From an uncultured Gammaproteobacteria bacterium (GTDB lineage: Bacteria; Patescibacteriota; Microgenomatia; UBA12405), in contig CAYXDV010000001.1 in NCBI GenBank assembly GCA_964463925.1, forward strand, positions 99,860-163,859: a stretch of 64,000 bases of DNA, read 5' to 3'. This document shows, piece by piece, positions 46,592-56,443 of this stretch (position 1 is the stretch's first letter; each line of letters begins with the position of its first letter). The notes under the pieces are model-generated. The model worked only from the letters and a program-made list of their open reading frames with translations. It did no database searches and had not been told where the DNA came from. A program made the translations under genes and the position numbers.

Positions 46592-47263
46592 TTACATAGT
46601 CCAGACTATTTGTGGCAAGCAATGTTCTTTTAGATATTGATTGGTTTTTAAGAAATGATTGTTACCGAAAAAGCCATTATTTGCTGAAAATGGCGAAGGA
46701 TGGGCAGATTTTAAGATTAAATGCTTTTTTGTGTCGATTAAAAATTCTTTTTTTTGAGCATGGGCCCCCCAAAGTAAAAAAACTAAATTATTCTTTTGGT
46801 TGTTAAGTTGGCTGATAATGGCATCAGTAAAGGTTTCCCAACCCTGATCTTTGTGAGACATAGGTTCTCCCTGGCGTACTGTAAGAGTTGTGTTTAAGAG
46901 AAGAACTCCCTGTTTGGCCCATGGGGTCAAATCTGGATTATTTGGCAAATTGCCGCCATATTCTGTTTGGATTTCTTTGTAAATATTTTGAAGAGATGGT
47001 GGTACTTTGTTGCCACTGTTGGCCGAAAAGGCCAAGCCGTTGGCTACGCCTGGGGTATGGTAAGGATCTTGACCTAGAATAACTACTTTTAGGTTAGCCA
47101 AAGGACAAGAGTCCAGAGCGGCAAAAATCAGCTTGGCTGGCGGAAAAACTACACTGCTGGCATATTCCCATTTTACGAAATCAATTAAATTTAAGAAATA
47201 AGGTTTAGAAAATTCGGATTTGAGTAGCTCCTTCCAATCTGTGGCTAAACGGATATCGGTCAT
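46592..47263 (-). CDS. ung: uracil-DNA glycosylase (family 1)
   Basis: GQDPYH water-activating loop, LLLNTTLTV, C-terminal HPSPFSA leucine-intercalation loop. Confidence 0.92.
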   Translation of the reverse strand: MTDIRLATDWKELLKSEFSKPYFLNLIDFVKWEYASSVVFPPAKLIFAALDSCPLANLKVVILGQDPYHTPGVANGLAFSANSGNKVPPSLQNIYKEIQTEYGGNLPNNPDLTPWAKQGVLLLNTTLTVRQGEPMSHKDQGWETFTDAIISQLNNQKNNLVFLLWGAHAQKKEFLIDTKKHLILKSAHPSPFSANNGFFGNNHFLKTNQYLKEHCLPQIVWTM

Positions 47264-47291
47264 GAAACAATTATATAAAATCTAGGTATTC

Positions 47292-47798
47292 TTATGGACC
47301 AGTTACTTCCATGACACCTTTACCATCTTTGTTCACTTCTCTAATTTTACCTGTTACGGAAATATCTGATGTTGTATTTCCGATGTTGCAATTCAAACCC
47401 TCCATTCTTTGTACTTCTTTTCCAAAAACTGCTGGATATGTTCTTGTGGTTAATACTGACCCTCCTTCTAGTCCATTGTCCGCCATAAATTCTAATGTAA
47501 TTTGCATTTGCTGTTTTACTCTTACATCACCAACATATTCCATTCCATTGGGTACACCCAACCCCCATGTGATTGAGCCTCTCTGTCCATCGTCAGAAGA
47601 GACTATATGTAATGTTTGTGCAATACATCTTACACTTACGCCATCTAAGGATATGCTTTTCCCCAGAAAACCATTTGGATTTTTTATAACATCTTCGATC
47701 CTTACTTTTTCAGGTGGTGGTGTTGCCGTAACCGGAGCTGCGCATCCAGCCAAAACAAGCGCCAATCCTCCTAGTTCTGCTAGTATTGATCTTTTCAT
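47292..47798 (-). CDS. hypothetical lipoprotein
   Basis: Signal peptide with lipobox LAGC (MKRSILAELGGLALVLAGCAAP); a mirror ORF of equal length on the plus strand indicates atypical composition. Confidence 0.55.
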   Translation of the reverse strand: MKRSILAELGGLALVLAGCAAPVTATPPPEKVRIEDVIKNPNGFLGKSISLDGVSVRCIAQTLHIVSSDDGQRGSITWGLGVPNGMEYVGDVRVKQQMQITLEFMADNGLEGGSVLTTRTYPAVFGKEVQRMEGLNCNIGNTTSDISVTGKIREVNKDGKGVMEVTGP

Positions 47799-47805
47799 GT
47801 CTTTA

Positions 47806-47827
47806 TTATAAGATATTTATCTTATAA
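47806..47827. promoter_or_regulatory. 22-bp perfect palindrome TTATAAGATA-TT-TATCTTATAA
   Basis: Located 8-30 nt upstream of the lipoprotein ATG on the minus strand; candidate operator overlapping the -10/RBS region. Confidence 0.45.
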
Positions 47828-48075
47828 ATGCAAGTTTTTGTTATACTAGATGGAATGATTGATTGGCAGGAAAATGGGTGTGGGGCTGGCTAAATATGAC
47901 AAATAGACCAGATAGTTTAAGAAAACTTGTAGCTGTTTTTGCTGCTATCAACCTTATTAGTCCAGTTCCAAGTGCTGTTCCAGATCCAACTAAGAGAGAT
48001 TTGAAATAGCTGCACCCCGTGATATTGGTAAAGCACCAGAGATACCTAAACCAAGAAAACCGGGTAAAAAAGGCG

Positions 48076-49158
48076 CTAGATAATCCACATGGCATCTCCA
48101 AAGGAAAAGAAGCGGTAGTCGTTGTGGAGGGCATGGACGTAGGCCTGGCCAAGTTTTGACTGCAAAAATTGGGAAAATATGTGCTTTGTATTGGGTTCAC
48201 TGGTAAAAGCAGAAACCAACATCAAGAGGCTGGATTTGGGCAAGTGAAAATTAGTAATTAGGCTATCTACAAATTTGAAGCGATAGGGCGGATATATAAA
48301 AATATTAGTTTGGCCTTTATCAGGAATTAAAAGGTTAGCGTTATTTTTTAAATCAAAGCTAGCACAAGTTTCTAAGACTCTGGTAGTAGTGGTGCCAATG
48401 GCAATAATTCTTTTTCCCTGTTTTTTTGCAAGATTAAGGCGAGAGGCAGTTTGGATATTTAGTTCGTACGATTCGGTATGTAGGGTTTTAGAGATGATAT
48501 TTTCTGGGCGTAGATTTTGAAAAGTCCCCAAACCAACATTTAGGTTGACATACTCAATTTGTACTCCCCTGCTTTTGATTTTAGAAAGCAATAATTTAGT
48601 AAAATGCAGGCCAGCTGTGGGGGCGGCAGCACTATGCCCGGCTTTGGCATAGACAGTTTGGTAGCTTTGCCGAAGGGACTTTTCTGAAACAGAAGATTGA
48701 ATATAGGGGGGAATTGGAGTGTGACCAAGATGAAGTAATTCTTGTTGCAAAGATGTTCCAGATAAACTAAAAACGATTTCAAGCTTGCCTGTTGTATCTT
48801 TGTTGGCAACCTTGGCAGTTAATTTCTTTTCTGAATCAAAAATTATAGTTTGTCCTATTTTCAAATTAGACCCGATTGCTTCGTAGGAATTAGAAGAAAT
48901 TTTGTTTAGTAATAAGATTTCGGTTTTGCCCCCAGTATCTTTTTGGGCAAATAAACGCGAAGGGAAAACTTTGGTTTGGTTTAGAACTAAGACATCTTGG
49001 TTGCTTAATAAACTGACTAAATCGCAAAAATGAAGATTATTAATTTGACCTGTGTGTCGGTTAAAAACAAGTAGTTTGCTAGAATCGCGGGGGCTGGCTG
49101 GGGTAGTAGCGATCTTTTGATTGTCTAATGGATAGTCAAAATCATTTGGAGTAAACAT
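48076..49158 (-). CDS. queA: S-adenosylmethionine:tRNA ribosyltransferase-isomerase
   Basis: N-terminal DFDYPL..., GHTPIPPYI motif, overall 360 aa. Confidence 0.88.
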   Translation of the reverse strand: MFTPNDFDYPLDNQKIATTPASPRDSSKLLVFNRHTGQINNLHFCDLVSLLSNQDVLVLNQTKVFPSRLFAQKDTGGKTEILLLNKISSNSYEAIGSNLKIGQTIIFDSEKKLTAKVANKDTTGKLEIVFSLSGTSLQQELLHLGHTPIPPYIQSSVSEKSLRQSYQTVYAKAGHSAAAPTAGLHFTKLLLSKIKSRGVQIEYVNLNVGLGTFQNLRPENIISKTLHTESYELNIQTASRLNLAKKQGKRIIAIGTTTTRVLETCASFDLKNNANLLIPDKGQTNIFIYPPYRFKFVDSLITNFHLPKSSLLMLVSAFTSEPNTKHIFSQFLQSKLGQAYVHALHNDYRFFSFGDAMWII

Positions 49159-49195
49159 AGGTGATTGTACTAAATATTAGTTGATACAATAAGTT

Positions 49196-50296
49196 ATGGA
49201 GTCGACTCAAAAGAAATTACCAATATCTACATTATTTTTTACAGGTTTTATGATTTTGGTTGGGATATGGTTTTTGCGTGGAGGAAGTTATAGGCTATAC
49301 GCAAGCTTGTTTTTTACTTTGTATCATTTAACCCAGAGTGCCTGGGCTTCCATTATTCTAGTGGCTGTAGTGCAAAATATTGCTTTTTTACCATTGCGTT
49401 TCTTGGGAGAAATAACTTGGCCAAAGTTAAAAGAATTTGAGGAAGAGCTAGAACTTGAAAAAAACAAAGATGATCAGAGTTTCTTATTGCGCAAGAAAGT
49501 TCATAGTGGAGATTGGCCCGTGGTTTTGTATACCATTAATTTTGTACTACTATTAATTGCTTTTATTTCTGCGGGCCGAGTGTTTTTATTGGATTTTTAT
49601 AGTGTTCATCATAAAATTGATGCTCAAAAATATCTATATAGTTGGGTACCTTATCCTGAATATCCTTTATCTGGTGTTGAATTCCCTTTTCCGTTTATCC
49701 ACGTAACGGATTCAATCGCAATTGGATGGGGTAAAATTTTATTTTTTTGGTTAATAGTTGCGGGAATATTGTTATTACCGTGGGGAATTTGGAATTTGCT
49801 TAAGAGTACATTTGGTATTACAAAACCATTATTGGTGAATATTAGAATAAAGATTAATAGGCTAAGGATAGGGATGATTGGAATAGTTGGTAGTTTATTT
49901 ATTTTGTCTTTGTATTTCTTGCGAAACATACCAATTAGCTTTTTACCAACTATTTTGTATGCTGATTTATCAAAACAAAACACGACATTTAACATAGTGA
50001 CTTCCTTGGCTACTCTTGTGGCAACTATTTTTATGGGAGCCAAACATCACGAAGAAGTTAGAAAAGAAGCAAAAGGAAATTTTTCTCAGGCGATAATTGA
50101 CAAAGTTTACAAGGACAATATGCGAGAAACTACCAGAAATGCTTTTTTGATTGCAATTATTGCGTATTTTTTAACACATTTGATGCCATGTTCTCATGAT
50201 TTGTCGGTTTTGGCTTTTGAGGCAGTATATATTTTAGCTTCCTATACCATTGATCCTTTTTTGCGTAGAAAAGCTAGAGCTATGACCGCAGAATAA
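49196..50296 (+). CDS. polytopic membrane protein (possibly a divergent YidC/Oxa1-like insertase)
   Basis: 6+ TM; SAWASIILVAVVQNIAFLPL and the following KNKDD region loosely resemble YidC TM1 and its amphipathic helix; weak. Confidence 0.3.
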   Translation: MESTQKKLPISTLFFTGFMILVGIWFLRGGSYRLYASLFFTLYHLTQSAWASIILVAVVQNIAFLPLRFLGEITWPKLKEFEEELELEKNKDDQSFLLRKKVHSGDWPVVLYTINFVLLLIAFISAGRVFLLDFYSVHHKIDAQKYLYSWVPYPEYPLSGVEFPFPFIHVTDSIAIGWGKILFFWLIVAGILLLPWGIWNLLKSTFGITKPLLVNIRIKINRLRIGMIGIVGSLFILSLYFLRNIPISFLPTILYADLSKQNTTFNIVTSLATLVATIFMGAKHHEEVRKEAKGNFSQAIIDKVYKDNMRETTRNAFLIAIIAYFLTHLMPCSHDLSVLAFEAVYILASYTIDPFLRRKARAMTAE

Positions 50297-50305
50297 GTAG
50301 GAAAA

Positions 50306-50638
50306 TTAGAAACAAATAGGCGGTTTTTGCGATTCTCTTAGTAAAACTTCAAACATAGAGTCTCCATTTTCAACACGGGAATCATTATAAGCACCAGCAT
50401 TTAAGCCTGCAACTATTTCATTTAATCCTAGTGACCACTGATCAACCCTTTCTATTTTTGTTAAGCTAACTGTGCCACTTATTCCAGTTATGCACGATTG
50501 TCCACCCTTCTTCTTTGTTATTGGCATGGTCCCGATAGTCATAGAGGTTTCTTCTGTGCTAACGACTACTTGTTTTCCTGGTCTTTCAGCTATCTCTATG
50601 ACTGAACCAAACATAACGCATTTATTGATATCTTTCAT
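50306..50638 (-). CDS. hypothetical protein
   Basis: Start trimmed to the internal Met (MKDINK) to remove overlap with the methyltransferase gene; no motif. Confidence 0.35.
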   Translation of the reverse strand: MKDINKCVMFGSVIEIAERPGKQVVVSTEETSMTIGTMPITKKKGGQSCITGISGTVSLTKIERVDQWSLGLNEIVAGLNAGAYNDSRVENGDSMFEVLLRESQKPPICF

Positions 50639-50691
50639 TGTTATACCGAATTTTATCACAAAGATACGTAAAATAAAAAATTTGACTGACT

Positions 50692-51270
50692 CTAAATTTT
50701 GAGATTTGGCTTTTGGACAGCTGCATTGAAGGTGTGCCAATTTTTAGGTTCATTGCGCATGACTGTCACTCCTTCATACTTTTGTTCTTCGAGGGTAATT
50801 ATTTCAAAATTTTGGCAAAGTAGTTTTATATCTTCTGGGCTTTGAAAATTCATGTTTTGGTCTGGACGCCAGTCGTCGTTTTGTCCTAACAAATTGAAAC
50901 AGAAAATACCTCCTGGTTTTAGCCATCGAAAGATTTTTGAAAATAACTCAACCAAATCTTTTGGTTTTACAAAAAATAAACTATACGAAGAATTGATGAG
51001 ATCAAATCTGTTGATTGGAAAATTACACTCTTCGAAAGGAATCTGGATAAAATTTATCAAGGGATCTTGTATGACTCCAATCGGAATATTGGAAGCATCA
51101 ACAACAGTAGTCTCAACTCCAAGTTGAGCTAAATGGTTGGCATTTCTCATGTTGGCCCCACCCAAATCTAGTGCTGTTTGTAAATTTTGCACTAATCCTA
51201 TATTTGATACTAAAAATGCCCAAGGTGGTTCTGTGGCAGTTCTTATATTAAATTCTGTCCATCTGTTCAT
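50692..51270 (-). CDS. class I SAM-dependent methyltransferase (TehB-like)
   Basis: SAM motif I ALDLGGANMRNANHLAQLG, post-I acidic VVDAS, motif II LKPGGIFCFN; start trimmed to avoid tRNA-Ala. Confidence 0.7.
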   Translation of the reverse strand: MNRWTEFNIRTATEPPWAFLVSNIGLVQNLQTALDLGGANMRNANHLAQLGVETTVVDASNIPIGVIQDPLINFIQIPFEECNFPINRFDLINSSYSLFFVKPKDLVELFSKIFRWLKPGGIFCFNLLGQNDDWRPDQNMNFQSPEDIKLLCQNFEIITLEEQKYEGVTVMRNEPKNWHTFNAAVQKPNLKI

Positions 51271-51273
51271 GGG

Positions 51274-51344
51274 TGGACCCACGGGGAATTGAACCCCGAA
51301 TATACCAATGCGAATGGTATGTTATACCGTTTAACTATGGGCCC
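51274..51344 (-). tRNA. tRNA-Ala (anticodon CGC)
   Basis: Acceptor gggccca/tgggtcc giving a G3:U70 identity pair, anticodon stem tacca/tggta with loop ttCGCat, T-stem cgggg/ccccg. Confidence 0.75.
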
Positions 51345-51814
51345 AGGAGTTTTTGGAAGTCCGAAGAATTGAGGACATCTTCAAATACCTGTGCAATTAT
51401 ACTCGAATCTTTATTAGAAAACTTCATTAGAACGTAATTTTCCGGCGAAATATGGGCATCTTCTGGTCGTCCAATTCCGAGTCTTAGCCGCCAGAAACCT
51501 TGCGAATTTAGATGACTAATAATTGATTTGACACCATTGTGCCCAGCACTACCCCGGTTAAATTGTAATTTCCACTCCCCTAGCGCTAGATCCAGATCGT
51601 CGTGGGCTACTAATAAAGTATCTGGATTTAGTTTAAAAAAACTAACCTGTTTGGCTACTGATTGTCCGGAATTATTCATAAAATCTTGCGGTTTGAGGGT
51701 TGGGATATTTGGAAAATGTTTTTGAAAAAAATCTACAAATAAAAAACCTAGATTGTGGCGCGTATTTTGATATTGTTTTCCAGGATTACCAAGGCCGACT
51801 ACTAATTTGAGCAT
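51335..51814 (-). CDS. pth: peptidyl-tRNA hydrolase
   Basis: N-terminal LVVGLGNPG..Y..TRHNLGF, catalytic His region; the last 3 codons overlap the tRNA-Ala 5' end. Confidence 0.9.
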   Translation of the reverse strand: MLKLVVGLGNPGKQYQNTRHNLGFLFVDFFQKHFPNIPTLKPQDFMNNSGQSVAKQVSFFKLNPDTLLVAHDDLDLALGEWKLQFNRGSAGHNGVKSIISHLNSQGFWRLRLGIGRPEDAHISPENYVLMKFSNKDSSIIAQVFEDVLNSSDFQKLLGP

Positions 51815-51817
51815 AGA

Positions 51818-53731
51818 CTATTTTAGCAATTGTCTAAGCTGTGGTTCAGAAATAATTTTGATGCCTAAACGTTTGGCTTGATTGAGCTTGCTGCTAGCCG
51901 TATCTTGATCATTGGTTACCAAGTAAGCCGTGTTTTTGGTTACACTACTGGCTACTTTGCCGCCTTTCTGAACAATTAGATCTTCAATATTCTTTCGTGG
52001 TTCGGATAGAGTACCGGTAATACAAAAGTTAGAACCATGAAGGATGTTTTGTAAATTAGTGTGTTTGAGCTTTGTTTTCCTAAGTAGCTGGTTAATTACT
52101 GATTGCCTTTGTTGTAGACCTTGGTAAACTTTTTTGGCCAATCCCGACTGAAAACCTGGTTGTTTTTCCAAAGTTTGAATATCTAGATCTAAAATTTTTT
52201 GTGGAGTATCAAAGCCTGAGCCTACTAATTGCTGGATCCTTTTTTTGGAAAAGCTGGGAATGGCTACGGCAGTAAAGAGATCTACTAAACTTAACTCTTT
52301 TTTTTGCCCAATTTGGTCGATAATTTTGCTGGCTGATTTTTCGCCTAGGCCATCAATATTAGCAATATCGGATAATGACAAATCGTAAAAATCTGCCGGA
52401 TTTTTTAATTTGTTTTGTTTAAAAAGTTTTTCGATAGTTTTTTCGGAAATATTTTGGATATCTAGAAACTGACAATAAAGACGTAACCTACCTAGAAGTT
52501 GGCTGGTACAGTTGGGGTTGGGACATTTTAGAAATTTGTGATCTGTTATTAAATCTGTTTGGCAAGATGGGCAAACTGTTGGAGCTTGCAAATGTCCTGG
52601 GGTAATTTTGTTGACAACTTTTTCAATTAAAGGGATAACATCACCGCGCCGGCTAATTTCTACATAATCTCCTAAATTGATGTTTTTTGTTTGGATTAAA
52701 TCGTAGTTGGCAAGCGAAGCCAGAGAAATAACAGCCCCGGAAACCTCTACTGGTTCTACTTTGGCCACTGGAGTAAGAGTACCAAGCGGACCAACCTGCC
52801 AAACCACGTCTAGAATCTTAGTTTGACTACTTTTGGCTGGAAATTTATAAGCAACTTGTCCTTTGGGTCTAGCGTTTTCTAGACCAAGCGAGTCACTTAG
52901 TTTTAAATCATCTATTTTTACAACTAAACCATCAATATCAAATTCTAAGGTTTGGCGTAATGAGGTGGCATAATGTTGAAAAATATCTTCTATCTGCATC
53001 AGATTGCTGACTTTTTTAGTTTCTACAGAAGCTAAACCGTGCTGATTTAAGAAAGATATTTTTTCTGACTCTGTATTAAATTGTGTGGAATTTGTGGGAT
53101 ATAAATCATGATAGATTAAGGTGCACAAGTTGGAAAATAATCCATCTAAACGCTGAGAAATACCGGAAGCAGCATTCCTGGGGTTGGTATAGTTATTTTG
53201 GTCAAGTTTAGAAAAGTCATCGTAAGTAACCATGATCTCTGCTCTTAGAGAACCATTAAAATCGGGAATCGAGGAGCAAAAATTTTTCATCTTGATAACA
53301 TTTTGAGAAATATCATCGCCGATATGTCCATCACCTCTTGTTAGAGCTTGGAGGAAATTGCCGTTTTCATAAATTAATTCCAGAGATAAACCATCAAGTT
53401 TTGGCTGAACTACAAATTCTGGCTTGTCTAAATGATGGCGGCTAAAATATTTTTCCAGTTCAGAATAAGACTTGACTTTGTTTTGAGAAGTCATTGGAAA
53501 AATATGGGATACTTTATTGAACCCTGTATCAAAACTGGGAGTACCTATTTTTTGAAAAATACGGTGGTGCGGATGGATTTGTTTTAAATGATCTTCTAGA
53601 GTGTCGTAAGTGGCATCGTCCATAATTGGTTTACCACTGGCGTAGTAAGATTTTTTAGCTTCAATTAGAATCTCCCCTAGTCTTTCTGCCGAAATAGAAG
53701 ACAAATCGATGTCGGCTAAAGTGTAATACAT
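51818..53731 (-). CDS. ligA: NAD-dependent DNA ligase
   Basis: Adenylation KxDG motif (PKLDGLSLEL), OB fold, Cys4 zinc finger (CPSCQ...CPNPNC), HhH and C-terminal BRCT. Confidence 0.92.
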   Translation of the reverse strand: MYYTLADIDLSSISAERLGEILIEAKKSYYASGKPIMDDATYDTLEDHLKQIHPHHRIFQKIGTPSFDTGFNKVSHIFPMTSQNKVKSYSELEKYFSRHHLDKPEFVVQPKLDGLSLELIYENGNFLQALTRGDGHIGDDISQNVIKMKNFCSSIPDFNGSLRAEIMVTYDDFSKLDQNNYTNPRNAASGISQRLDGLFSNLCTLIYHDLYPTNSTQFNTESEKISFLNQHGLASVETKKVSNLMQIEDIFQHYATSLRQTLEFDIDGLVVKIDDLKLSDSLGLENARPKGQVAYKFPAKSSQTKILDVVWQVGPLGTLTPVAKVEPVEVSGAVISLASLANYDLIQTKNINLGDYVEISRRGDVIPLIEKVVNKITPGHLQAPTVCPSCQTDLITDHKFLKCPNPNCTSQLLGRLRLYCQFLDIQNISEKTIEKLFKQNKLKNPADFYDLSLSDIANIDGLGEKSASKIIDQIGQKKELSLVDLFTAVAIPSFSKKRIQQLVGSGFDTPQKILDLDIQTLEKQPGFQSGLAKKVYQGLQQRQSVINQLLRKTKLKHTNLQNILHGSNFCITGTLSEPRKNIEDLIVQKGGKVASSVTKNTAYLVTNDQDTASSKLNQAKRLGIKIISEPQLRQLLK

Positions 53732-53746
53732 AAGCTATTGTACAAT

Positions 53747-54886
53747 TTAGGCGTTGGTTAGACAGTAGAAGGCGCCTTTGGTAGAGCCACGTTTTTCAAT
53801 TACTTTATCTTCAACCAATTTCTTCAGGTCACGCCAAATAGTATCGTCACTGACCATAGGAAGGATTTGTTTGGCATCGGGCATGCGGAGTCCGCCGAAC
53901 TGTTGCATAAATTCGATTAATTTTACCTGACGCTCAGTTAGTTGGACTTGTTTGCCGCCTAATTTTTGTTTCAGCTTTAGATCGCGACTAAGTGACTTAA
54001 CCCGTTCTTTGAGGCGGTCAAGTTCGATGGCCAGGCTTAGAGTGTAGTACTCGATCCAAGCAGTCAAATTTCTTTTGAAAATATCGCTATTGGTTTCATG
54101 AGTTTTTTGAATGGTGGAATAATAATCTTCTATATTTCGGTCAAAATGTTCTTCTAGGGAGAAAAGACGACGAATATCGTAACCTTCTGCGTAGAGTGAT
54201 AAAAGGCTGAAAGCGCGAGAAACACGGCCGTTGCCTTCGATAAATGGATGGATGGCAACCAGAATATAAAGGGCAATGGCAGCTTTAATAGTTGGATGAA
54301 TTTCTCTGGCTTCTTTGCTATTTATCCAATCAATAAAATCTTCTATGAGATAAGGTACTTCGATTGCTGGTGGCGGTCGATGAGCCACCTCACCTGTCCT
54401 AGTGTTTTTTAAGACAACTTGTTGATGGCGATAATGACCCATTTGATCTGGGGTAATAACTTTGTCAGTGGTTAGCTCATGAAGACGTTTAATAATAGTT
54501 TCGCTATAGAAAAATGGGCGATGGTTGTTGGTATCAAAATCCGATAAGGTTTTTTCCTCAGGCAAGGGCATTCCGGCATCATAAAGCGACCATAGCTCCT
54601 CTAGATAGGCCACTACGTTGCGATAATTAATCACTTCTTGAATATCGCGTTCGCCAGCATTGATATCACGGCCGTCTACCAGCTTGGCTACTTCTTGCAT
54701 GGTTAGATCGTTTCCTTCAATTCGGGTGCCGAAATGGACAGTCCTAACTATCGCTTCCTGTTGAAATTGTTTTTCGTAGGCAGGAACCAAGGCAGCCTCA
54801 TCAATAATGGCCTTGGCGGCCTCAATTTGGGAAATAGTTTTTAGCAGTTGATTGCTGATGGTAAATACTGGCGTAAATACGGTCAT
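53747..54886 (-). CDS. Fic/DOC-family protein with C-terminal winged-helix domain
   Basis: Canonical Fic motif HPFIEGNGRVSR; N-terminal GTRIEGN inhibitory-helix-like segment; C-terminal wHTH-like region. Confidence 0.8.
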   Translation of the reverse strand: MTVFTPVFTISNQLLKTISQIEAAKAIIDEAALVPAYEKQFQQEAIVRTVHFGTRIEGNDLTMQEVAKLVDGRDINAGERDIQEVINYRNVVAYLEELWSLYDAGMPLPEEKTLSDFDTNNHRPFFYSETIIKRLHELTTDKVITPDQMGHYRHQQVVLKNTRTGEVAHRPPPAIEVPYLIEDFIDWINSKEAREIHPTIKAAIALYILVAIHPFIEGNGRVSRAFSLLSLYAEGYDIRRLFSLEEHFDRNIEDYYSTIQKTHETNSDIFKRNLTAWIEYYTLSLAIELDRLKERVKSLSRDLKLKQKLGGKQVQLTERQVKLIEFMQQFGGLRMPDAKQILPMVSDDTIWRDLKKLVEDKVIEKRGSTKGAFYCLTNA

Positions 54887-54942
54887 TTACTGATTATAAC
54901 AGAAAAAAGTTGCTTGCAAGCGGGAAAAATGCGGGGAAAAGC

Positions 54943-55244
54943 CTATGACTTGTCTTTGCCAGCACTACCATCTAGATCTTCACGGTATTTATCGTATTCT
55001 GGACAAGGTGGGTTAAGTGGATCTGTGGAGGCTGTGTAACCAATTGGAAAACCAAATAAATACTTTAACTCATATCTGCATACTTCTAGATCATTATAGC
55101 GACGAGCATCTCTCATGCCTATTGCTTCTCGACCTTCTATTCTTCCATTTGGAAGACCAGCCTGGTAATCTTTAGATCTACGATTGACTTTCCTGTTGTA
55201 GGTCCTCAGAGCCTTCGTTAAAGCTTCTTTCTTGCTTAACATAC
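54943..55244 (-). CDS. hypothetical basic protein
   Basis: ORF 54943..55413 trimmed to an internal Met to remove overlap with the upstream membrane ORF; K/R-rich; weak. Confidence 0.25.
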
Positions 55245-55259
55245 GATATATTTTACCAT

Positions 55260-55808
55260 TTAGACGGTGGGATACTTTGTCAGAAGAATTACTCCACAGA
55301 CAAATTGCATGCTGCCGATTAAACGCAGAAGGTTTGGAAAACCAAATTGGTTGATCAAGAATGGTGCCAAAAGTGCTGCTAAGGCAATCATACTTTGACT
55401 GGCTACGGTCCAAAATGAATATTCTTTGAGATGCTGTTTGTTGTCTAGATTTTCAGCAACCAAGGTGTTCCATGGGGAATTTGTAAGTCCATTGCCAAAA
55501 CCATTTAAAACCATAACCAAGCTGAGAAGATGTAATAAATTTGCACTGGCAGCTGCAAACCAAGAAATTCCAGCAAGCATCCATCCATAAGAAATTAAAT
55601 GAGCTCGGTTTATTGTTTGTTCTTTTTGGCGGGATAAAAAAATTGAGGTTATCACTAGGCTAAGGATTTGGATTGCTTGAAGCATGCCGATAGATTCTAG
55701 AGAAGAAGAATATTTGTTAACCAAAATTGCAAAATACGGAGTGATTAAACTGTTGGCTAAAATGAAAATTGCATTTGAATAATAAAGTAATTGTAGTTTC
55801 GGATTCAT
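55260..55808 (-). CDS. 6-TM membrane protein resembling half of an MFS transporter
   Basis: 182 aa, 6 predicted TM helices, MFS-like loop motifs; possibly a remnant or a half-transporter. Confidence 0.4.
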   Translation of the reverse strand: MNPKLQLLYYSNAIFILANSLITPYFAILVNKYSSSLESIGMLQAIQILSLVITSIFLSRQKEQTINRAHLISYGWMLAGISWFAAASANLLHLLSLVMVLNGFGNGLTNSPWNTLVAENLDNKQHLKEYSFWTVASQSMIALAALLAPFLINQFGFPNLLRLIGSMQFVCGVILLTKYPTV

Positions 55809-56443
55809 GTAGTTGAAGTTAACAATAGCCAGTCTAAGCTGGATTTGGGATCAACATTGTGCTTTATCATGTGGATGGATTTGATGATTTTTTTGATGTA
55901 AGCTGCTAGATTTTGGCTAGGATTTTTAACTAATTGCTGTTGATTTATCAATAGCTGGCTTTCTAAAAAATCTAGGGTTGATTCTTTATTTTGTCCATGT
56001 TCTTCTGAAAAAAGTAAAATATCTTTTATGTCTTTTGGGATAGCTGTGGCTTTTTCCGGCATTGGCCTTATGGGTGATGGGGATGAATCTGTTTCTATGT
56101 GACAGCGCGAACGGATAGTTGGCAATAGGGTTTGTAATTTGGAAGTAGTTAGAAGTAAATAATTACCTATACCAGGTTCTTCTAAAGTTTTTAGCAGAGC
56201 ATTTTGGCAAATTGGAGTTAAAAGATGTGCATTAGTTAAAATGGCTACTTTGGTGGCATGGCTTATGGGCCTGGTTGTGAAAAATCTGATTAAATCTTTT
56301 ATTTGTTCTAGAGCATAAGAATCTGTTTTTTCTTGCAGAAATAAATCAGGATTATTAGCCCTGATGTGTCCTAAATTTTTTAGATAAAAATCGATAAATT
56401 CAGGATTTGATCCGGTATAAATGGTTGATGGAAAAGTATCCAT
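55805..56443 (-). CDS. holB: DNA polymerase III delta-prime-like clamp-loader subunit
   Basis: LLKTLEEP and TIRSRC motifs (AAA+ sensor regions) without an intact Walker A; 212 aa. Confidence 0.7.
   Translation of the reverse strand: MDTFPSTIYTGSNPEFIDFYLKNLGHIRANNPDLFLQEKTDSYALEQIKDLIRFFTTRPISHATKVAILTNAHLLTPICQNALLKTLEEPGIGNYLLLTTSKLQTLLPTIRSRCHIETDSSPSPIRPMPEKATAIPKDIKDILLFSEEHGQNKESTLDFLESQLLINQQQLVKNPSQNLAAYIKKIIKSIHMIKHNVDPKSSLDWLLLTSTT

Noticed and set aside
47311-47811. 166-aa plus-strand ORF mirroring the lipoprotein gene
   Set aside because: The opposite-strand ORF has a convincing lipoprotein signal peptide and lipobox; this product is low-complexity and Pro/Ser-rich
47841-48200. 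119-aa minus-strand ORF between the lipoprotein gene and queA
   Set aside because: It overlaps the last 125 nt of queA in another frame and has no ATG near a plausible start; treated as noncoding promoter region
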